Shown: in pieces, positions 1-13,256 of the stretch
Layout of the letters: each line of letters begins with the position of its first letter
Position numbering within the stretch: the first letter of the stretch is position 1
Source: Eledone cirrhosa
Lineage: Eukaryota
Assembly (NCBI GenBank): GCA_964016885.1
Contig: OZ024746.1
Coordinates: 81,034,001-81,098,000, forward strand
Length of the DNA stretch: 64,000 bases
Direction: 5' to 3'
Notes under the pieces: model-generated
The model's database searches: none
Told to the model about the DNA's origin: nothing
The model's input: the letters and a program-made list of their open reading frames with translations, nothing else
Program-made: the position numbers and the translations under genes

Positions 1-822
1 ATACTATCCAATATGTCCTTTTTCAGTATGTTAGGATGTAATTTGAGGAAGATTTGGTGGCTGTTTCTCCCATATTGAGTGATCATATGGAGGCTCCCTC
101 TTTGGTTCATTGTTAAATAGTAATATGTTGTTGTTTATCTTCAGGCTTGTCTTGATAAAAGATACATAATATTAAAGGCATTCCAGCTATCACCATCCCA
201 TGTTATATTCTCACATAGTGTGAGCCAGCATTGAGTACAGTCACATATATGGCTATATACCATACAAGATTATGGTGATAAAACTCAGGAAAATTTTACT
301 ACCCACATCGAACCTGAAAAAAATTCTTGAATTTATACCCAGGTACTGAATTGGAGTGCTAGATTAAATGCTTTAGTACTTATTTCAATGATCTCTGTTC
401 AAATCTCATCAAGGACAACATTACCTTTCGTTCTTTCTGGATAAATAAAATACAAATACATTGGTGCAGAATTGAGTGGGGAATGCACTATCTGTTATGG
501 TTGTTTGTATTTTGAGTTCAAATCTCATCTCCTATCACCAGAAACAAGAATGCTCCTGCAAGATGTTGTGACCAGCTGATAATATCAGCAGAGGAAAGAC
601 CATGAGAAACGGAGTTACATTGGTTTGACCAGATGATCGGCTTCTTTTCCTTTCCTTCATATAAAGTTATCAAACATTTGCTACAGATAATCCTGCAAGT
701 GAGTTTACAGAATTATTTAATATATGATAAACCATAAATGATAGATGTAATACACACAATGGGAAAAATAGCAACAATATTAATGAATCTGATGTGGATG
801 TTAATGTTACAATATCATTAAT

Positions 823-1052
823 TTAACCATTTAGCATTTAAACCGGCTGCATCTGGCCAGAATTATTGCCCCTTTTCGAAACTGGCCATAACCAGTAGCT
901 CACACCAACATTTAGATATTGTTCTTAAAATAAACAATAACTTCTTTAAACTCTCGTAGGCCCAAGGTTATGTGAGATAATTATATGAGGTAAAGCCTTT
1001 ACCATGAAAATACAATAGTAAACATAAAGTAGTGTAAATACTAAAGGGTTAA
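823..1052. mobile_element. piggyBac-like MITE (family A)
   Basis: Ends TTAA-CCATTTAGCATTTA ... TAAATACTAAAGGG-TTAA (imperfect TIRs, TTAA target site); internal sequence shared with copies at 12870, 22647, 59592, 62266. Confidence 0.75.
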
Positions 1053-2251
1053 AGGTTGAAATAAAAACACTAATGTCTTATCTATTGATATTAACTAATA
1101 ACTTAATATCTCATCTATTAATTCAAATATTAGTGTCAGTTAATAACTAATAGCTGAGGTATTAGTGCCCGCTATTACCTAACACTCTTATCTTAAATAT
1201 TAGTGTTAACTAATAGCTATTAGCTAACGCTAATATCTTAGCTATTAGTGTTAACTATGACCTTACACTAATATCTCAGCTTGTAATGTTAGCTATTACC
1301 ACCTATCATGATAGAAGAAACTTTCCTTGAATAAAGAAAGATTTCCCAAAAGTTGAGCTAATAATTGTTTCTACAAGCTAATAATATTGCAAATTCAGAT
1401 TGATATTATATTATAATAACACGTTTTCTGAGTTAAACGATGGTCTTGATACCTCATAATGAAATATAAAGAGAAGTGAGTGCTGCACGTGCGAGCACCA
1501 CCTCACACACACAAACATATGCACACACATACACACACACATTATCATCACTTATCTCTATTGCTATCTATCACTTTCTCTCTCCTACCATGACCCATCT
1601 TTATTGCTATCACATCACGCTGATATTAGACACATTTTTAAACATTAAAATTGTCTCAGGGGTATCTTAAGAGCATAACTCCCCCAACACTACCACACCA
1701 CCACCACCACCACACTCTCAAACACACACACAAAAAGAAAATGATGTATCATCAATTTATCAGCCCATATCAACAGAACTTAATTTATTGAGAATTTTGT
1801 ATATTTATATTTGAAGCTGTCACTCTTCAGTTTACCCCTGAGGCTTACACAATTGTGTGTTACTAAATTTGAATAATGTCTAATCTATTCTCTCTTCACC
1901 TAGCAACAGAGCTGAATTTAAGCAACTAGGGGCTCTGGGCTAGAAACTTAATGAAAATCGAATCTATATAAATGTAAGCCTACACATAGAAGGCTGCTGA
2001 GATTCCAGCAACGTTCCATACCAACCTCTGAAACAGAGATAACAAGAAAAAAGAAATGGATTTAATAACAATTATAGTATTCTAAATTTTGGCCAAAATG
2101 TTGTATCCCATAGTTATATTTTGATATATATTTTAATGTATCATCATCATCATGTATATTTTTATATATCTTTAAAACAGGGTGGGAGACCCTGGATTAT
2201 GAAACCCTAGGTTTCAGCCAAAATAGCTCATGTGTAAATCTAGTACTGCCT

Positions 2252-2465
2252 AGCAATTGTATTAGCAGAATCAGTAGAGCATCAGACACCATGCTTTGCA
2301 GCATAGAGTTATGGCCCTTTGCGTTCTGAGTTCAAATCCCACTGTGATTAGCTTTGCCTTTCATCCTTACAGGGTCGATAAAATAAAGCACCAGCAATGT
2401 CGATTTAATCGATATTCCCCTCCCCCTAAAATTGTTGGCCTTCTGCCTTAATTAGAAACCATTAA
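2252..2465 (+). mobile_element. tRNA-derived SINE (family A), diverged copy
   Basis: A-box-like TAGCAGAATCAGTAG, B-box GAGTTCAAATCCC, central GCCTTTCATCCTTACAGGGTCGATAAAATAAAG, tail GGCCTT...TAGAAAC-ATT; matches young copies at 44138 and 46292. Confidence 0.8.
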
Positions 2466-3029
2466 TTAAAGATGTTTCTAGGCTAAACATATCTCTAGAT
2501 TTATCCTGACTAATCAGTAATAATTCCAAGATAAATAAATACCTACAAAGGAGCACCAATTGTTTTTGTGTCTAGTTGTGTATGATATAGTTTTTCTAGT
2601 ACACCTTGCTGAACCATCGTCAATTTCAACAACATATGCTTCAGTTGTTTGACCAATGGACCAGCCTGCTTGTGAAATGAAAGTGTAATTAGCTGAGCAT
2701 TCCACAGACATAATCATCACTATCATCACTATCATCAACATCATTTAACAACCGATTTTCTATGGTGTCATAGGTTAGATGGTGTGTAATGGACTGAGTC
2801 AGTATATAATTGAAGTTACTGTTCTCTTGTCAATGAGCCAAGGGACCAGATCCTGCTTACTTATGTTTCAGTTTTGATATGGTTTCATCATCCTGGCTGG
2901 ATGCCTTTTCTATCACCAATCACTTTACAGAGTGTACTGAGTGCATTTTTTTATGGCAACAGTACAGAGGTTGTCATTTTCTTGACACAACTGAAGATTC
3001 CTCTCAACCTTTTGTTTGGCATGTTTTCT

Positions 3030-3460
3030 GCATGTAATTCTTGGAGAATCAATGTAACACAATATGTGACAAGGCTGGCCTTTTGAATCAGAGACACAGC
3101 TTTTGATCATGAGCTGAATACCGTAACCACTAAGCCATGTGCCCCCACATCATAAAGTAATGTATGATATATAACATTTGAATAGCAAACACATATAAAT
3201 GGTTGGTGCCTCAGTAATTAAAAACATTGAACATAGGCACAGCTTTTTTTTTCCAGCTGAGTAGACTGAAACAACATGCAATAAAGTATTTTGCACAAAG
3301 ATACACTGCACCACTGGGATTTGAACTCACACCTTTGTAGTTGTGAGCCAAACACACTAACTACTAAGCCATCACACAGTTATGTTTAGTATATAATAAC
3401 ATTTGAATAGCAAACATATATAATTGGTTGGTGTTTCAGTAATTAAAAACCATCGAACAT
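3030..3460 (-). mobile_element. Two SINE family B fragments, each followed by the same ~75 bp flank (local tandem duplication)
   Basis: Reverse-complement SINE head (AACCACTAAGCCA) at ~3125-3140 and ~3360-3372; TATAACATTTGAATAGCAAACA...GGTTGGTG...CAGTAATTAAAAAC...GAACATA at ~3170-3235 and ~3395-3461. Confidence 0.6.
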
Positions 3461-3941
3461 AAAATAGTACATTCCTTGACAACCTTCATTGATTTGTGAA
3501 CTATTTATAAACATGGGCAACAAAGAAACATGATTGAATAAATATTTGATAACAAATAAATACCAGTGTAATCAGAGCTTTTAAAGGTCTCCATCTAGTA
3601 TAAATATCCATAAAATGTATAAACAGCTAACCTACAATAAATTCTGATTATCAATGCCAATCATTATTGGGATGCACAAAGAAAAAAAAAAGAAGATAAA
3701 AACAAACAAACAAAACAGTAAAACAATAACTAGCAGGTGCACTCATGCCTGTCCATTGAGAATATCAATTTTTCATGCTTTGTCCTTTTTGCTAATAATT
3801 GATGTTTCATTACTTCAAGAGGAGCGGGCTTTTCAAAGTGATGGCCATGATCAAAATAAATAATCTCTTTGTTTACATTCCAAAAGGTTCCTTATGTCAG
3901 ACTGTGTAAGCCAGAGCCACTTACAATGGATTTAGCTCACA

Positions 3942-3970
<29 letters not shown>

Positions 3971-3973
<3 letters not shown>

Positions 3974-6018
3974 GCATTTATCTTGCTTTATGTTCATACG
4001 AGTTATCACCAAGTCACAACCAGTGACCTCAAAAGACAACAAGGTCCGCCATGTTCAAAAAAGAACATACATACACACACATGCATCTTTAGGTGTTTAG
4101 ACTTGTGATGTACTTATATTGACAGAATCTTCCTTAGTATATGGGCAGTTCTCATTAGTACTATCTTTTGTATTTCTCCTATACGCGGGTTTCCTGGGAT
4201 TTGCGATAAGTAATCATTAGACCCCTTAGGTATCATTCCTAGAGTGCCTACAACCACTGGTATTGTTTTAGTTCTCAACTTCCACGTTTTTCCAATTTCT
4301 ATCTCCAGGTCTTTATACTTGCTCAATTTTTCAAATGTTTTTATAGATACATTCTTGTCTATTGGAACGGACATATCAATTAGCAGGCATACCCTCTTTT
4401 TAAAGTCCTTCAGTATTATATCAGGTCTATTTGCATCTATTTTTCGGTCTGTTTGGATGCTAAAGTTCCACAAGATTGAGATGTGATCTTTTTCAAGTAT
4501 GGGAGGTGGTTGATGCTCCCACCAATTCTTTTGATGGGGCAGGTCAAAATGCTTACACATTATCCAATGTATGTATTGTGCAGCTCTGTCGTGCCTGTTT
4601 AGGTATTCGGTTGGAGCTATAGGACTGCACATTGAAATTATATGATCAATGGTCTCTGGTTGTTTTGTACATACACGGCATAATGGGTTGCATTCATTTT
4701 TTATTATGTTGACTTGATAATTTTTTGTTGGCAGACAAAAAATTGTGCTGATATAATCAGTCCTTCAGTCTCCGATTTCAGTCCAGAGGATGCCAACCAC
4801 TGATGGGTTAAAGTTTTGTCAACATCAGGATTGTTAGCTCTTTCTGGGTATTTTCCATACAGAGGCTTTTCTTGCCATTTCTTAACTTTTCTTGCCAGTT
4901 TCTGTAGCAGTTCTTTCTTTGCAGTTACTTTTACCTGCTTTGCTTTTTCTGTGTTTTTCATTTCAGCAGTAAATGGAACTTCTGAAATTTGTAGTCCATT
5001 ACTGTATCTTTGTGCATCTTTTGTAATGGAGTATGATCTTTTGATACTTTCATGTTTCAAAACGAGTTTGATCATCCAATCATGTGATTCCCTTAGATAT
5101 GTAGATAATCCAATTGTTGCAGTTTTCAAAGCAATATCTAACTGGATTAATCCACGTCCTCCTTCTTTCCTAGGGAGATATATTCTATCTGTATCTGCCC
5201 TAGGGTGATGCACTCTGTGCATGGATAAGAATTTTCTAATTTTTTGTATCGAGTCTACAGATCTCTGTGCTTGACCAGTTGATGAGACTGTGACTGTAGG
5301 TTACTACTGGTATGGCAAGCGTGTTTATGGCATCGATCCTATTCCTTGCATTTAATTCCGTTCTTAAGATTGCTCTTACTCTGCGGTAACATTCCTTCCT
5401 TATCCTTTCCCTCATTGTTGAGTGCTTGATTCCATCTCCTTCACAAACACCTAGGTATTTGTAAGTTTCCTCTTGATCAAGTTCTCTTATCACATTCCCC
5501 CGATCAAGATTAATGTCTGAACTTCTCAGCAGCTTTCCTCTGGTGAACGTGGCTTTAGCGCATTTATCTAGTCTAAACTCCATTTTAACATCATCACTGA
5601 ACTGCTTCACAGTGGATAATAACCCTTGCAATTGCTCATCATTTTTTGCAAATAGTTTCAGGTCACCCATGTAGAACAAGTGATTAATGGTTTTGTCATA
5701 GACTTTATATCCATGTTTTGTTTCATTGAGCATTTTACTTAATGGTATAAGTGCAATGCAGAATAAAAACCGTGATAAAGAGTCACTCTGAAAAATTTCA
5801 CAATTAATATTAACTTCTCCAGCTTCCAGTGATTTTTTTTCACTATTCAAAAGGAGTGTCGTTTTCCATGTTTTCATACTGAATGACAGGAACCTCCTGA
5901 CAACGGGAGATATTTCGAAAATCTCTAAACACTTTTCAATCCAACTGTGTGGCAAACTATCGAATGCTTTTTTGTAATCTATCCAAGCAATTGATAGATT
6001 TTTGAGTCCATTATGACA

Positions 6019-6019
<1 letters not shown>
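3971..6019 (-). mobile_element. 5'-truncated R4/Dong-clade non-LTR retrotransposon (RT + CCHC + restriction-like endonuclease), frameshifted
   Basis: ORF fragments 5236-5955 (RT: IFQSDSLS, HLFYMGDLKLFA, YKYLG), 4704-5222 (RIYLPRKEGGRGL) and 4114-4632 (RHD, RPDI, LIDMSVP, KLSKYKDL, PVVVGTLG = RLE); CxxC..H...C knuckle near 4630-4685; both ends abut (ATT)n arrays. Confidence 0.9.
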
Positions 6020-6054
<35 letters not shown>

Positions 6055-6249
6055 GAAAGCAGCTCCTCCAATTTTCTCACCCTCCCAATATATTTATGTG
6101 CACCTTTGTGTTTGTTTGTGTGTATGTACTTATTTGTGTATGTGTATATGCGTAAAAAAGAGTGGAAGTATTTTTGGTTGGGCTGACCATGTGACTGTAA
6201 AGAAGATGGGATTATTCATTTATTTTCAAGGTCAATCCATTTAAGCAAA

Positions 6250-6600
6250 CTAGTTAAAACTTGTTGTTTGTACACAGTAAGTTACTAACTGTTGAAATGG
6301 ATACACACACCCACCCCTTACCTAATCTCACCGTACATCATCCAACATGGGCAAGTAACTTAACCATAGCTGTGGATCAACCCAAGCCTGATGAGTATAT
6401 ATTGGGTCGATGGAAACTCTGTGGAAGCCCATTAAATGGTCTCTACTCAATATTCAAATGTCCAACCTTGTCACACACTGATTCTGCCAGGTGATTAGGT
6501 AAAAGGTGTACATGTCTGTAGAATACTCAGCCACTTACACTACACATAATTCAATGGACAGGTAATTAATTCCATTAACCAAACAACTGTAATACTCATT
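6250..6600 (+). mobile_element. SINE family C, diverged
   Basis: GGGCAAGT...CCATAGC...AAGCC..TGAGT...TTGG...GGAAACT..GGAAGCCC body and TACTCAGCCACTTACAC 3' part; similar to 14716 and 44710. Confidence 0.55.
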
Positions 6601-8089
6601 GTAGAAATTTACAGCGGCTCCATTAAATATTTACAGGTGATGATGGTGGTGAAGCCCATAATCAACTCTTTTGAATGGGAAATTATTAAGCTAATATTTC
6701 TTTTAAATGATTTTTGTTGTTGTTGTTTTGTTTATGTTGCTGTTATTGCTGACAATACAGATCAATACAGCTCTTTTTTCTTTAACTATACTTAAGACCT
6801 TAGAAAGAAAGATATCGCCAACATCCACCTTCTTACTATAAACATTCAGTTTTGGTATATGATAGGACAGGGAAATTGTCTATCTTGTGTTTCCCACCCA
6901 GAAGTAAGAAGTTGTTGACTCCATGTCAGTAGTAAAGAAAGATAAAGACATATAAATAAAAGTTGAGGAAGAAAAACAGAAAGAAAAGCTATGATAACAT
7001 TCTTCCATGTATTTGGCACAAAGAACTTGGCAAGCTTTCTTATCAGTTTTAGTGGCTGGGGCTTTTTACTTACCCAAACAATTCATTAGTTTTATTTGCC
7101 AATATTTAAACAAGACTGCTTTCTAATTTTAAACTCTTTATAGTCTTGATTTAAACACTCATAATTAAAAGACCATAATAGGAAATTTGTGAAATTCCTA
7201 AGACATGAACTGTAATAAAATTTGGGATATTGAATCAGTAAAACTCTCCATACATATATGACTCAAAGCTTAAGATACTTGACTACTAAATCAAATAAAG
7301 TCAAATATCATAGGAACTAAATTGGCAGAGTTATTAGGGCATCAAATAGAATGTGTTGTGATATTTGTTCCAACTCTCCGTTGGAATGTTCGAATCCTGC
7401 CAAAGCTAATTTTGCCTTTCATTCATTTGATGTTAATAAATGAAGTACCAGTCAAGTACTTGGATCAATTTTCTTTTTATCCCCACCCTATCCTCGACCT
7501 GAATTGAGTAAATGAGGGGGTCAAAAAAAGAGGTGAGCCCATTTGGAGGTGCCAAAAAAAGAACTCTTCACATCACAGACCTGACAAGAAAGAAAGCCAA
7601 ATACTGAAAGTGCATATATTATTCACATAGCCAAATCTACTTTCTTGAAAAATTCCAGCCCTGATACTAGCGCAAATTTTCTCTACATATATGTAAAATT
7701 TCAAGAATCAGACTTGATATGAACCAGTAAAAATATTGGTGGATACAGTCCTATAGCTTAGATGACATCTGAGTCAAATTAGCTTTCCTCCATCCAGATT
7801 AACAATCTGATCATCATCATCGTTTTTATGTCTGTTTTATCATGTTGGCATGGGTTGGATGAGACAGTTTGAGGCAGAATTCTATGGTTTGATATCTTTC
7901 CTGATGCCAACCATCGTCAAGGTACATATGTTTTCATACCTAAAGTGGTGAGCTGACACAGAGACAAACATGCACATATGCATACACACACACACATATA
8001 TGCATGTATGTGCACATGCACACACACACATATATACACACATACACACACATATATGTATACATATAATATATATACACACACACAAT

Positions 8090-8225
8090 AGGCTTCATAC
8101 ACTTTCTGTCTACCAAATTCATTCTCAAAGCACTGGTTAAGGTGTCATGCTGTGGTACACAACCCCAAACTTAGTAAACCATGTAGTTGCAAAGCAAACT
8201 TCTTAACCACATGACCAAACCTGCA
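8090..8225 (-). mobile_element. SINE family C fragment
   Basis: Reverse complement of GTGGTTAAGAAGTTTGCTT..CAACTACATGG...GAATTTGGTAGACAGAAA. Confidence 0.6.
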
Positions 8226-8476
8226 TCTATCTATGACAATCTATATATGAATTTCTGTGATTCTGTCACAACACGTAAAGAGAGAGTAGTTTGACTACCT
8301 CATTCTACTCCTCTCTCTTTACATCTGCTACCTGCATGAATGTACGTGGAAGGGGATGGTGAAAAGATGTATGTGTACTTGTGTGAATATATGTCTGTGA
8401 GTGTGTATTTTTTTGTAAGTGTGTCTGTGTTTTCCCATTTATATTTATATACTCATACATATAAATGTATGTATTT

Positions 8477-8513
<37 letters not shown>

Positions 8514-8739
8514 TATACACATACGCATCGGCGTTTTGAAAAAAATTCTAGTAGATTATATTTCTAATAATCATTTCATGCAGCAATCTTGGATGTATTG
8601 ATAGATAGGGATCAAAGTATGGAAGATTGCATGATTGATAGGTAAAACAATGGAAAGAGAATGAAACATTCTCATAAGTGTAAGGAAATGGCTAAAGCTA
8701 CTTCATATAGTCTTGCATATCTTTATATAATATAAGCAG

Positions 8740-9050
8740 GCTCCCTTTGTACATGACTGACCATGAGGTTGCACCTGGAAAGTTCCTCACCAGAGTGCAA
8801 GCCCTAGGTAAAGTGTCTTGTGAAAGACCAACAGTTGCCCAAGTATTCTAGTTTCACCTCTTTACATCACCAATATTATCCAAGGGAAAGGTAAAGGCCT
8901 ACATAGCTTGGCACCAGTGTCATTGCAATTTATTTCTTCCAGCTAAGTGGAATAAAGTGTCTTGCTTAAGTACACAATGTGCTGCCCAACCTGAGAATTG
9001 AACTGACAACCCTAAGATCATGAACACAACATGCTAACCACTTTTGCATC
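8740..9050 (-). mobile_element. SINE family B, diverged
   Basis: AATAAAGTGTCTTGCT.AAG.ACACAA and GCTAACCACT (reverse of head) plus 3' body shared with 17190-17420. Confidence 0.55.
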
Positions 9051-10092
9051 TACCTTCACTATATATCATATAACTTCAAATAAAACTGTCAGATGTTGTT
9101 TATGTTGCACAATTACTGCAGTTTACTGTCATTTACACTAGTTACATCTAACATATATTTGTAACATCTGGAATAGATCTCTGTTGATTTTGACAATGAA
9201 TGTTTCACTGGAACAGCCTGTTAATGAAATTGATAGTCAAGTTCTGAGCATTCCCCAAACACTTGTACCCTTAGCATAATCCTAAGGGAGATTCAATGTG
9301 ATGTAGCATGTGACAAGACTGGCATTTTAATTACTGATACAGTCCATCTGTCTACCACTGGGCTGTATTGACCATTTAACAAAATAAGAACATACTTAGG
9401 GTATCAAGGGAAGAGGGGCACCATTTTATTCAAATTAAATATATTTGTCATTCAAAAAAGAAAAAAAAATTTGCAGTCTATTTATTTATGGGGCATCGTA
9501 ATCTTTTAAATGCTTAGGGCTTCAAAAGGGCTTAATCTAGCCATAGTCTTCCTAATTTCACTCACATAGCTTTGGTCAACATAAGGCTAGGGTAACTAAC
9601 ACTTGTCCAAGATGCTACACAGTGAGATCAATCCTGGGATTTTATGATTGTGAAGCAAACTTCTTAACCAATCGGCCCTGCTGTTGTCTACTTATGGCAT
9701 GTATTAAGAAATATTAATGGTGATTTGCAGTGATCTCCAACACAATTCCCAATCTGACCCAACAGTACTAAATGCCAATAGTACATAAGTAGATTGCCAC
9801 TCTGTTTGTTCCTATATTGTCATTATTGATTCTGCTATTAAAGCTTAACTAGATTTCAAAGTAACCTAATGCTTAAGTGAAAATGTGTGTGAGAGTGTAT
9901 AGGTATTCATGCATGCATTTACATGCATATATTTGTATGTGTGAGTGTATAGGCATTCATGCATGTATTTACATGCATATATTTATATTTGTTTTGTGTG
10001 TGCATATAATATCCCTTTATTGTTATCACATGATTTTATCATAATTCTCTCTGCCACTCAATTTTATGATAAAATCTGTTAGATCATATATG

Positions 10093-10324
10093 TTCAACCT
10101 CCTTGATACCAAACTATTTGAAACCACCTCTGGTTTTATGATACAAAACTGTTTATTTTAAAGTATTTATATTTAACTGAAAACTTTCCACCATTATTTT
10201 ATGTAGCTTAATAACGAGAAAGTTATTTATTTTAGTAGATACCTCCAAATCTTTAATTATTTTCAAAATGATTTGAAAATCCCATTTAGTGGTTTTCATT
10301 AGAAATATGGTAAAGAAAGGGTTA
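10093..10324. mobile_element. piggyBac-like MITE (family B), diverged
   Basis: Ends resemble TTAACCCTTT.GATACC ... GGTA..AAAGGGTTA; internal similarity to copies at ~20900-21120, 22209-22425, 22470-22955, 25357-25602. Confidence 0.5.
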
Positions 10325-10429
10325 CAAGCATTACCATTCTATCCTCTTTTTTTTTTGTAAATCAGTGTTGAATAGATGCAGGGTTAAGAGGACTCTTCAT
10401 TTGTGTTGATCGCATGAAACCTACCTAGT

Positions 10430-10748
10430 GCTGGCAGCACAATAAAATACACTCAGTACATTTTGTAATAGGTTGGTGATGGAAAGGGCATTCAGCAGTA
10501 GAAACCATCTCTAAACCAAAATGTATGTGAGACATGGCTCCCAACCTGTCCAAGAGGACAAGTACTGGCCTGGTTTGTGACAAGTTGTCTAACCCTTGCC
10601 AGCATATAAGAACGGATGTTAAATGATGATGATGATGGTGGTGGTGGTGGTGGTGATAATGATTGTGATGAGGATGATAATAGTGATGGTATTGATGATG
10701 GTGATGAAGATGATGATGATGGTGATGATGATGATGATGATGATGATA
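10430..10748 (+). mobile_element. RTE-associated SINE/3'UTR fragment with expanded (GAT/GGT)n tail
   Basis: GGTTGGTGATGGAAGGGCATTCAGCAGTAGAAAC motif, then AACCCTTGCCAGCAT...GGATGTTAAATGATGATG tail. Confidence 0.6.
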
Positions 10749-11034
10749 CAAGATAATAGTCAAAATGGTGGGTTGTCTTGTATAGTTAATTATATAATAA
10801 ACAATGTTATCATCTGTCTAATCTCCCAAACCATTCTTCTCGATTCACTTCAATAGCAGAAGTCATATATGGAAGATATTGACATAATGTGAATGTATCA
10901 ATATATAATCAGTACTTAAGAAAGTAATTGTGCTGAGCTGATTGTTATTATATTCTTACCATTGATTGTGATATAGCAGATTGTATTATAGCAGATATAC
11001 AGCTGATAATATCATTGGAAGAGTACAAAGATAT

Positions 11035-11135
11035 ATCATCATCATCATCATCATTGTCATCATTATCATTATTGTCATCATAACCATCATTGTCAGCATC
11101 ACCATGATTGTGGTTATCGTCACTGTCATCGTCAT

Positions 11136-11191
<56 letters not shown>
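11035..11191. repeat. (ATC)n microsatellite, degenerate
   Basis: Direct reading. Confidence 0.9.
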
Positions 11192-11411
11192 TTAGGCATC
11201 TGTATAGTGTGGATGGGACTTGTTAAGAAAACGTTTTACAGCCATATGTCCTTCTTGATACCATCCCAATGATAATGGACATAGTGGTGATGATGATGAA
11301 GATGATGATGGACATGGTGATGGTGTTGATGATGATGGATTGACATGCAAGATTTTGCCACTTTCTTCTGATATCAAAATGTCACGATCAACAATAGAAT
11401 AACACTCTTCT

Positions 11412-12058
11412 ATAATAATAATAATAATAATAATGAAATTATTGTGTAAAGTGCTCAGGTGCACTACAACTCGTCAATATAGTACATAGAATAATACACA
11501 AATGCCAGGGAAGTACATGTTTGTATGTGTTAGCTGTAGTGTTGGCGGATCTCGGGAAGCATGGAGGCCTTAAAGGATGCAGTGTCTCGACAGCTAACAA
11601 CTGATGCAGGTAGTTTGTTCCATGCTTCAGCAACTCTGAGCGTGAAAAAATGTTTCCAAAAGTCATGGGAACTGTGCTGTTTTCTTACTTTGTGGGCATG
11701 TCCACGTGTGTTAGACACATGGAAATCGAAAAGGCACTCAGGGTTGTTGTTGGCAACATGGTTAACAATTTTGTGGGTGTTTACCAAGTCAGTTGCCAGG
11801 CGTCGGAGCTTCAATGAATCCATGCCCAGGGAAGCAAGGCGATCAGAGTATGGTAGATGCCTGATGGAGGGTATTCGCTTGGTTGCACGTCTCTGAACAG
11901 TTTCCAGGCGGTCAATGTCCTGAGCAAGATAGGGGTTCCAGACTGGTGATGCAAATTCTAAGTGTGGTCGCACCATAGCTGTATACAGCCTTAAATAGAT
12001 ATCTGGAGAGCGGCTGACAAAGGTCTTGCTGAGTGATGCTAAGACACCCTCGGCCTCT
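11412..12058 (-). mobile_element. CR1/L2-group LINE 3' fragment (RT C-terminus + 3'UTR)
   Basis: ORF 11530-11976: VRPHLEFASPVWNPY..DI.RLE.VQRRATK.IP..Y..RL..L....L..RR...DL...HKI...TRGH..K...FF..RV...WNKLP, typical CR1 C-terminus; ends at an (ATT)n tail. Confidence 0.9.
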
Positions 12059-12119
12059 AAGCATGTGTCAAAGGAATGGCTTTAAAGCCCCCCCCCCCAC
12101 ACACACACAGATACACACA

Positions 12120-12365
12120 CACTTAAACACACTCTAACATATTCACACACACACACACACACATACATTCACTTAAACACATGCACACATGTTCACTTAA
12201 ACACATGCACACACATTCACTTAAGCACATGCACACACATTCACTTAAACACATGCTCACACATTCACTTAAACACATGCACACACATTCACTTAAAAAC
12301 ATGCACACACATTCACTTAAAAACATACACATACACACACATTCACTTAAACACATGTGCACACT
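12120..12365. repeat. ~24 bp minisatellite (CACACATTCACTTAAACACATGCA), ~9-10 units
   Basis: Direct reading of tandem units. Confidence 0.85.
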
Positions 12366-12869
12366 CACAGATTCATATGTACACTGTTAGTTGAATAGAT
12401 TACCCAAGTTCCTAACCTTTAACCATTCAAGCTTTGTTTGATGTTTCAAGAATTTCAAGTTCTCACAAGTTTAGATATCTGTCTAAATATATATAAGTAT
12501 CATTCAAATTCCAACAATATGGTAAGGGAATGGCAAAGAGTGTTCTGTAGCACTTTTGATAAGTTAATCAACCCTTAACTCCTGTTAGAGTCGTAGGGGG
12601 CATTTGGGCATTCATGCATTTAAAACTGGTGGAACTCATCTCTTTCTGAAGCGTTTCTGCTGTTTGGTCAACAGAATAGACTACTTATTAGATTAGCATA
12701 TGAGTAGCTGAGTATTCCACAGATACATATGGAATACCCTTTATGTAATTCTCAAACATTCAGCGTGCTACAATGTGTGACAAGGCTGACCCTTTGAACT
12801 ACAGGTACATTCCATCTGGCAGTCTTCTACACAGTTTCCATCAACCTGATTTCATTCGCAAGGCTTGGG

Positions 12870-13256
12870 TTAACCCTTAAGCATTTACATTACTCTATAT
12901 TTAGCATTATATTTTCACAGTAAAGGTTTTAACTCACATAATTAACTCACATAATATTGAATCTATAAGATTTTGATATTATTTATTTTGAGAACGGGCG
13001 ATGGATTGGCAGTATCGGTAGAAGGTCGGACACCATGCTTTGACGCATAGAGTTACGGCCCTTGCCATTCTGTGTTCAAATCTCGCCGAGGTTAACTTCG
13101 CCTTTCATCCTTACGGGGTCGATAAAATAAAGTACCAGTAATGTACTGGGTAATTGTAGAAACAATTATTTATTTTGAGAACAATACCTTAACATCAGTA
13201 TGAGTGGCTGGTTACAGCTGGTTTGAACAAAAAGAGGTGAGAGAATAATGGGTTAA
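12870..13256. mobile_element. piggyBac-like MITE family A, interrupted by SINE A
   Basis: TTAACCCTTAAGCATTTACATTACTC start, GGGTTAA end, body matches 22647-22876. Confidence 0.75.
12996..13165 (+). mobile_element. SINE family A with 17-18 bp TSD
   Basis: TSD TTATTTATTTTGAGAAC at 12979-12995 and 13166-13182; head GGGCGATGGATTGGCAGTATCGGTAG. Confidence 0.9.

Noticed and set aside
4244-5208. Plus-strand ORFs overlapping the LINE
   Set aside because: Antisense shadows of the R4/Dong coding sequence.
10425-10856. Poly-His and poly-Met ORFs
   Set aside because: Translation of the (GAT/GGT)n retroelement tail.
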